Shown: in pieces, positions 63,080 to 64,000 of the stretch | Numbering within the stretch: position 1 is the stretch's first letter | Layout of the letters: each line of letters starts with the position of its first letter | NCBI GenBank assembly: GCA_020725805.1 | Contig: DYEF01000046.1 | Coordinates: 36,573 to 100,572, forward strand | Reading direction: 5' to 3' | Length of the DNA stretch: 64,000 nucleotides | Source of the DNA: Bdellovibrio sp. | Lineage (GTDB): Bacteria; Myxococcota; SpSt-1050 | Notes under the pieces: model-generated | What the model was told of the DNA's origin: nothing | Seen by the model: the letters and a program-made list of their open reading frames with translations, nothing else | The model's database searches: none | Translations under genes and position numbers: made by a program

Positions 63080-64000
63080 CCTATGATAATATGGTCTTCG
63101 GGATATTTATACGAACCCGCGACCTTCTTTCTTGTAAAAATGATTGCAACAGTAAGCGGTCCTATCCTTCCTATTAACATAGTCAGAATAATGATAATCT
63201 TGCCCATTGACGTCAGCTGAGGGGTAATCCCGAGGCTTAGTCCTACCGTGCCAAACGCCGAAAAGACCTCGAATATTATTTTGATAAGGTCTTTGTCTTT
63301 CTCTGTAAGGCTGAGAAAGAATATGGATATGCATATTATCGCAAATGAAATAAATGCCACATTCAGGGCTTTGTATATCGAACTGATCGGTATCGTTCGC
63401 CTGAAGGCCTCTATATCTTCCTTATTGCGTATAAGGGCTCTTATTGAAAAGAGCATAGTTGCAAATGTGGTGGTCTTTATGCCGCCACCTGTGGAGGAAG
63501 GGGATGCGCCGATAAACATAAGCACAATGATAATTAAAATTGTCGCCGAACCTATCCCGTCAAGTCGGATTGTATTGAACCCTGCAGTTCGCGGAGTGAC
63601 CGCCATAAAGAGCGAATTTATCAGTTTCGAGCCGGACTCCTGTTGGCCAAGGGTATTATTCCATTCGAGCATAAGAAAGAGGATAGTGCCGGCCAGAATG
63701 AGACCGGTGGTTGTGGTAAGTACGATTTTCGAGTGGAAGGAGAGATTGGACTTTTTTCTGAGAAAGAGTCTCTCCTTTATAAAATTGAACAGATTATTTG
63801 TTACCGGAAAGCCAATACCTCCTAAAATTATAAGAATCATTATCGTCGAAATATAACTGTAGTTTAAGGCATAGCCCTCTAAGTTGTTGGAGAAGATGGA
63901 AAATCCGGCGTTGCAGAATGCGGAGACAGAGTGAAAAACGGCAGAGAACAACCTCAGTGTTGTATCCTCTATGCTCTCCTCTGCAAAGAAGAGCGCAACA
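63076..64000 (-). CDS. TrkH/KtrB-family potassium transporter, C-terminal part (gene continues beyond the right edge)
   Basis: FHSVSAFCNAGFS and GASPSSTGGGIKTTT selectivity-filter-like motifs. The frame stays open from 63951 to 64000 by hand translation (VALFFAEESIEDTTLRL...). Confidence 0.85.
   Translation of the reverse strand, partial: VALFFAEESIEDTTLRLFSAVFHSVSAFCNAGFSIFSNNLEGYALNYSYISTIMILIILGGIGFPVTNNLFNFIKERLFLRKKSNLSFHSKIVLTTTTGLILAGTILFLMLEWNNTLGQQESGSKLINSLFMAVTPRTAGFNTIRLDGIGSATILIIIVLMFIGASPSSTGGGIKTTTFATMLFSIRALIRNKEDIEAFRRTIPISSIYKALNVAFISFAIICISIFFLSLTEKDKDLIKIIFEVFSAFGTVGLSLGITPQLTSMGKIIIILTMLIGRIGPLTVAIIFTRKKVAGSYKYPEDHIIIG

Noticed and set aside
1-64000. Alternative genetic code (TGA read as an amino acid), prompted by the in-phase ORF after the TGA at 56729-56731.
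   Set aside because: - At least ten ATGA stop/start junctions use TGA as a functional stop (for example 12340-12343, 26753-26756, 34307-34310, 41876-41879, 43501-43504, 45533-45536, 46465-46468, 50630-50633 and 53166-53169).
- The resulting protein lengths match family expectations under the standard code.
1-64000. Mobile elements, CRISPR arrays, and tRNA/rRNA genes.
   Set aside because: - No transposase, integrase or recombinase-like ORFs were seen.
- There are no direct-repeat/spacer arrays and no long inverted terminal repeats.
- No intergenic gap is large enough, or suitably structured, for tRNA or rRNA genes.

Overview
The window is densely coded, with no rRNA, tRNA, CRISPR or mobile-element genes visible. 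All family calls come from motifs read by eye in the ORF track; no database search was possible.

The dominant feature spans about 7.4-47.8 kb. It is a very large accessory cluster built around 13 full-length paralogous B12-binding-domain (class B) radical SAM genes. Alongside them are one B12-domain-only remnant, one radical SAM/SPASM gene and one radical-SAM-like gene with an atypical Cys motif.

These are interleaved with:
- a polyprenyl diphosphate synthase and a UbiA-family prenyltransferase;
- a CrtI-like flavoenzyme;
- two polyprenyl-phosphate glycosyltransferase-type GT2 genes, one fused to a large membrane domain;
- several GT-C/ArnT/PMT-like polytopic membrane proteins;
- a LAB_N small membrane protein and an SGNH hydrolase;
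- two paralogous membrane-anchored beta-propeller proteins;
- two related Cys-rich lipoproteins.

The genes form long, translationally coupled operons diverging from about 28.9 kb. I saw no RiPP precursor, fatty-acid synthase, nucleotide-sugar or flippase genes. My leading, unproven reading is a novel isoprenoid or polyprenyl-linked envelope lipid or glycoconjugate tailoring system.

Flanking regions hold:
- TPR proteins, one with near-identical 402-nt in-frame repeats, and a class II amidotransferase;
- GctAB-like CoA-transferase, PilZ and a TlpA-like redoxin;
- a 7TMR-DISM histidine kinase with NarL-type regulators;
- a DUF1566/InlB-B-repeat secreted protein and a 740-aa Cys-rich repeat lipoprotein;
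- a heavy-metal P-type ATPase and TrkA/TrkH.

The ORF track uses alternative start codons, so several starts were refined by hand from RBS context.
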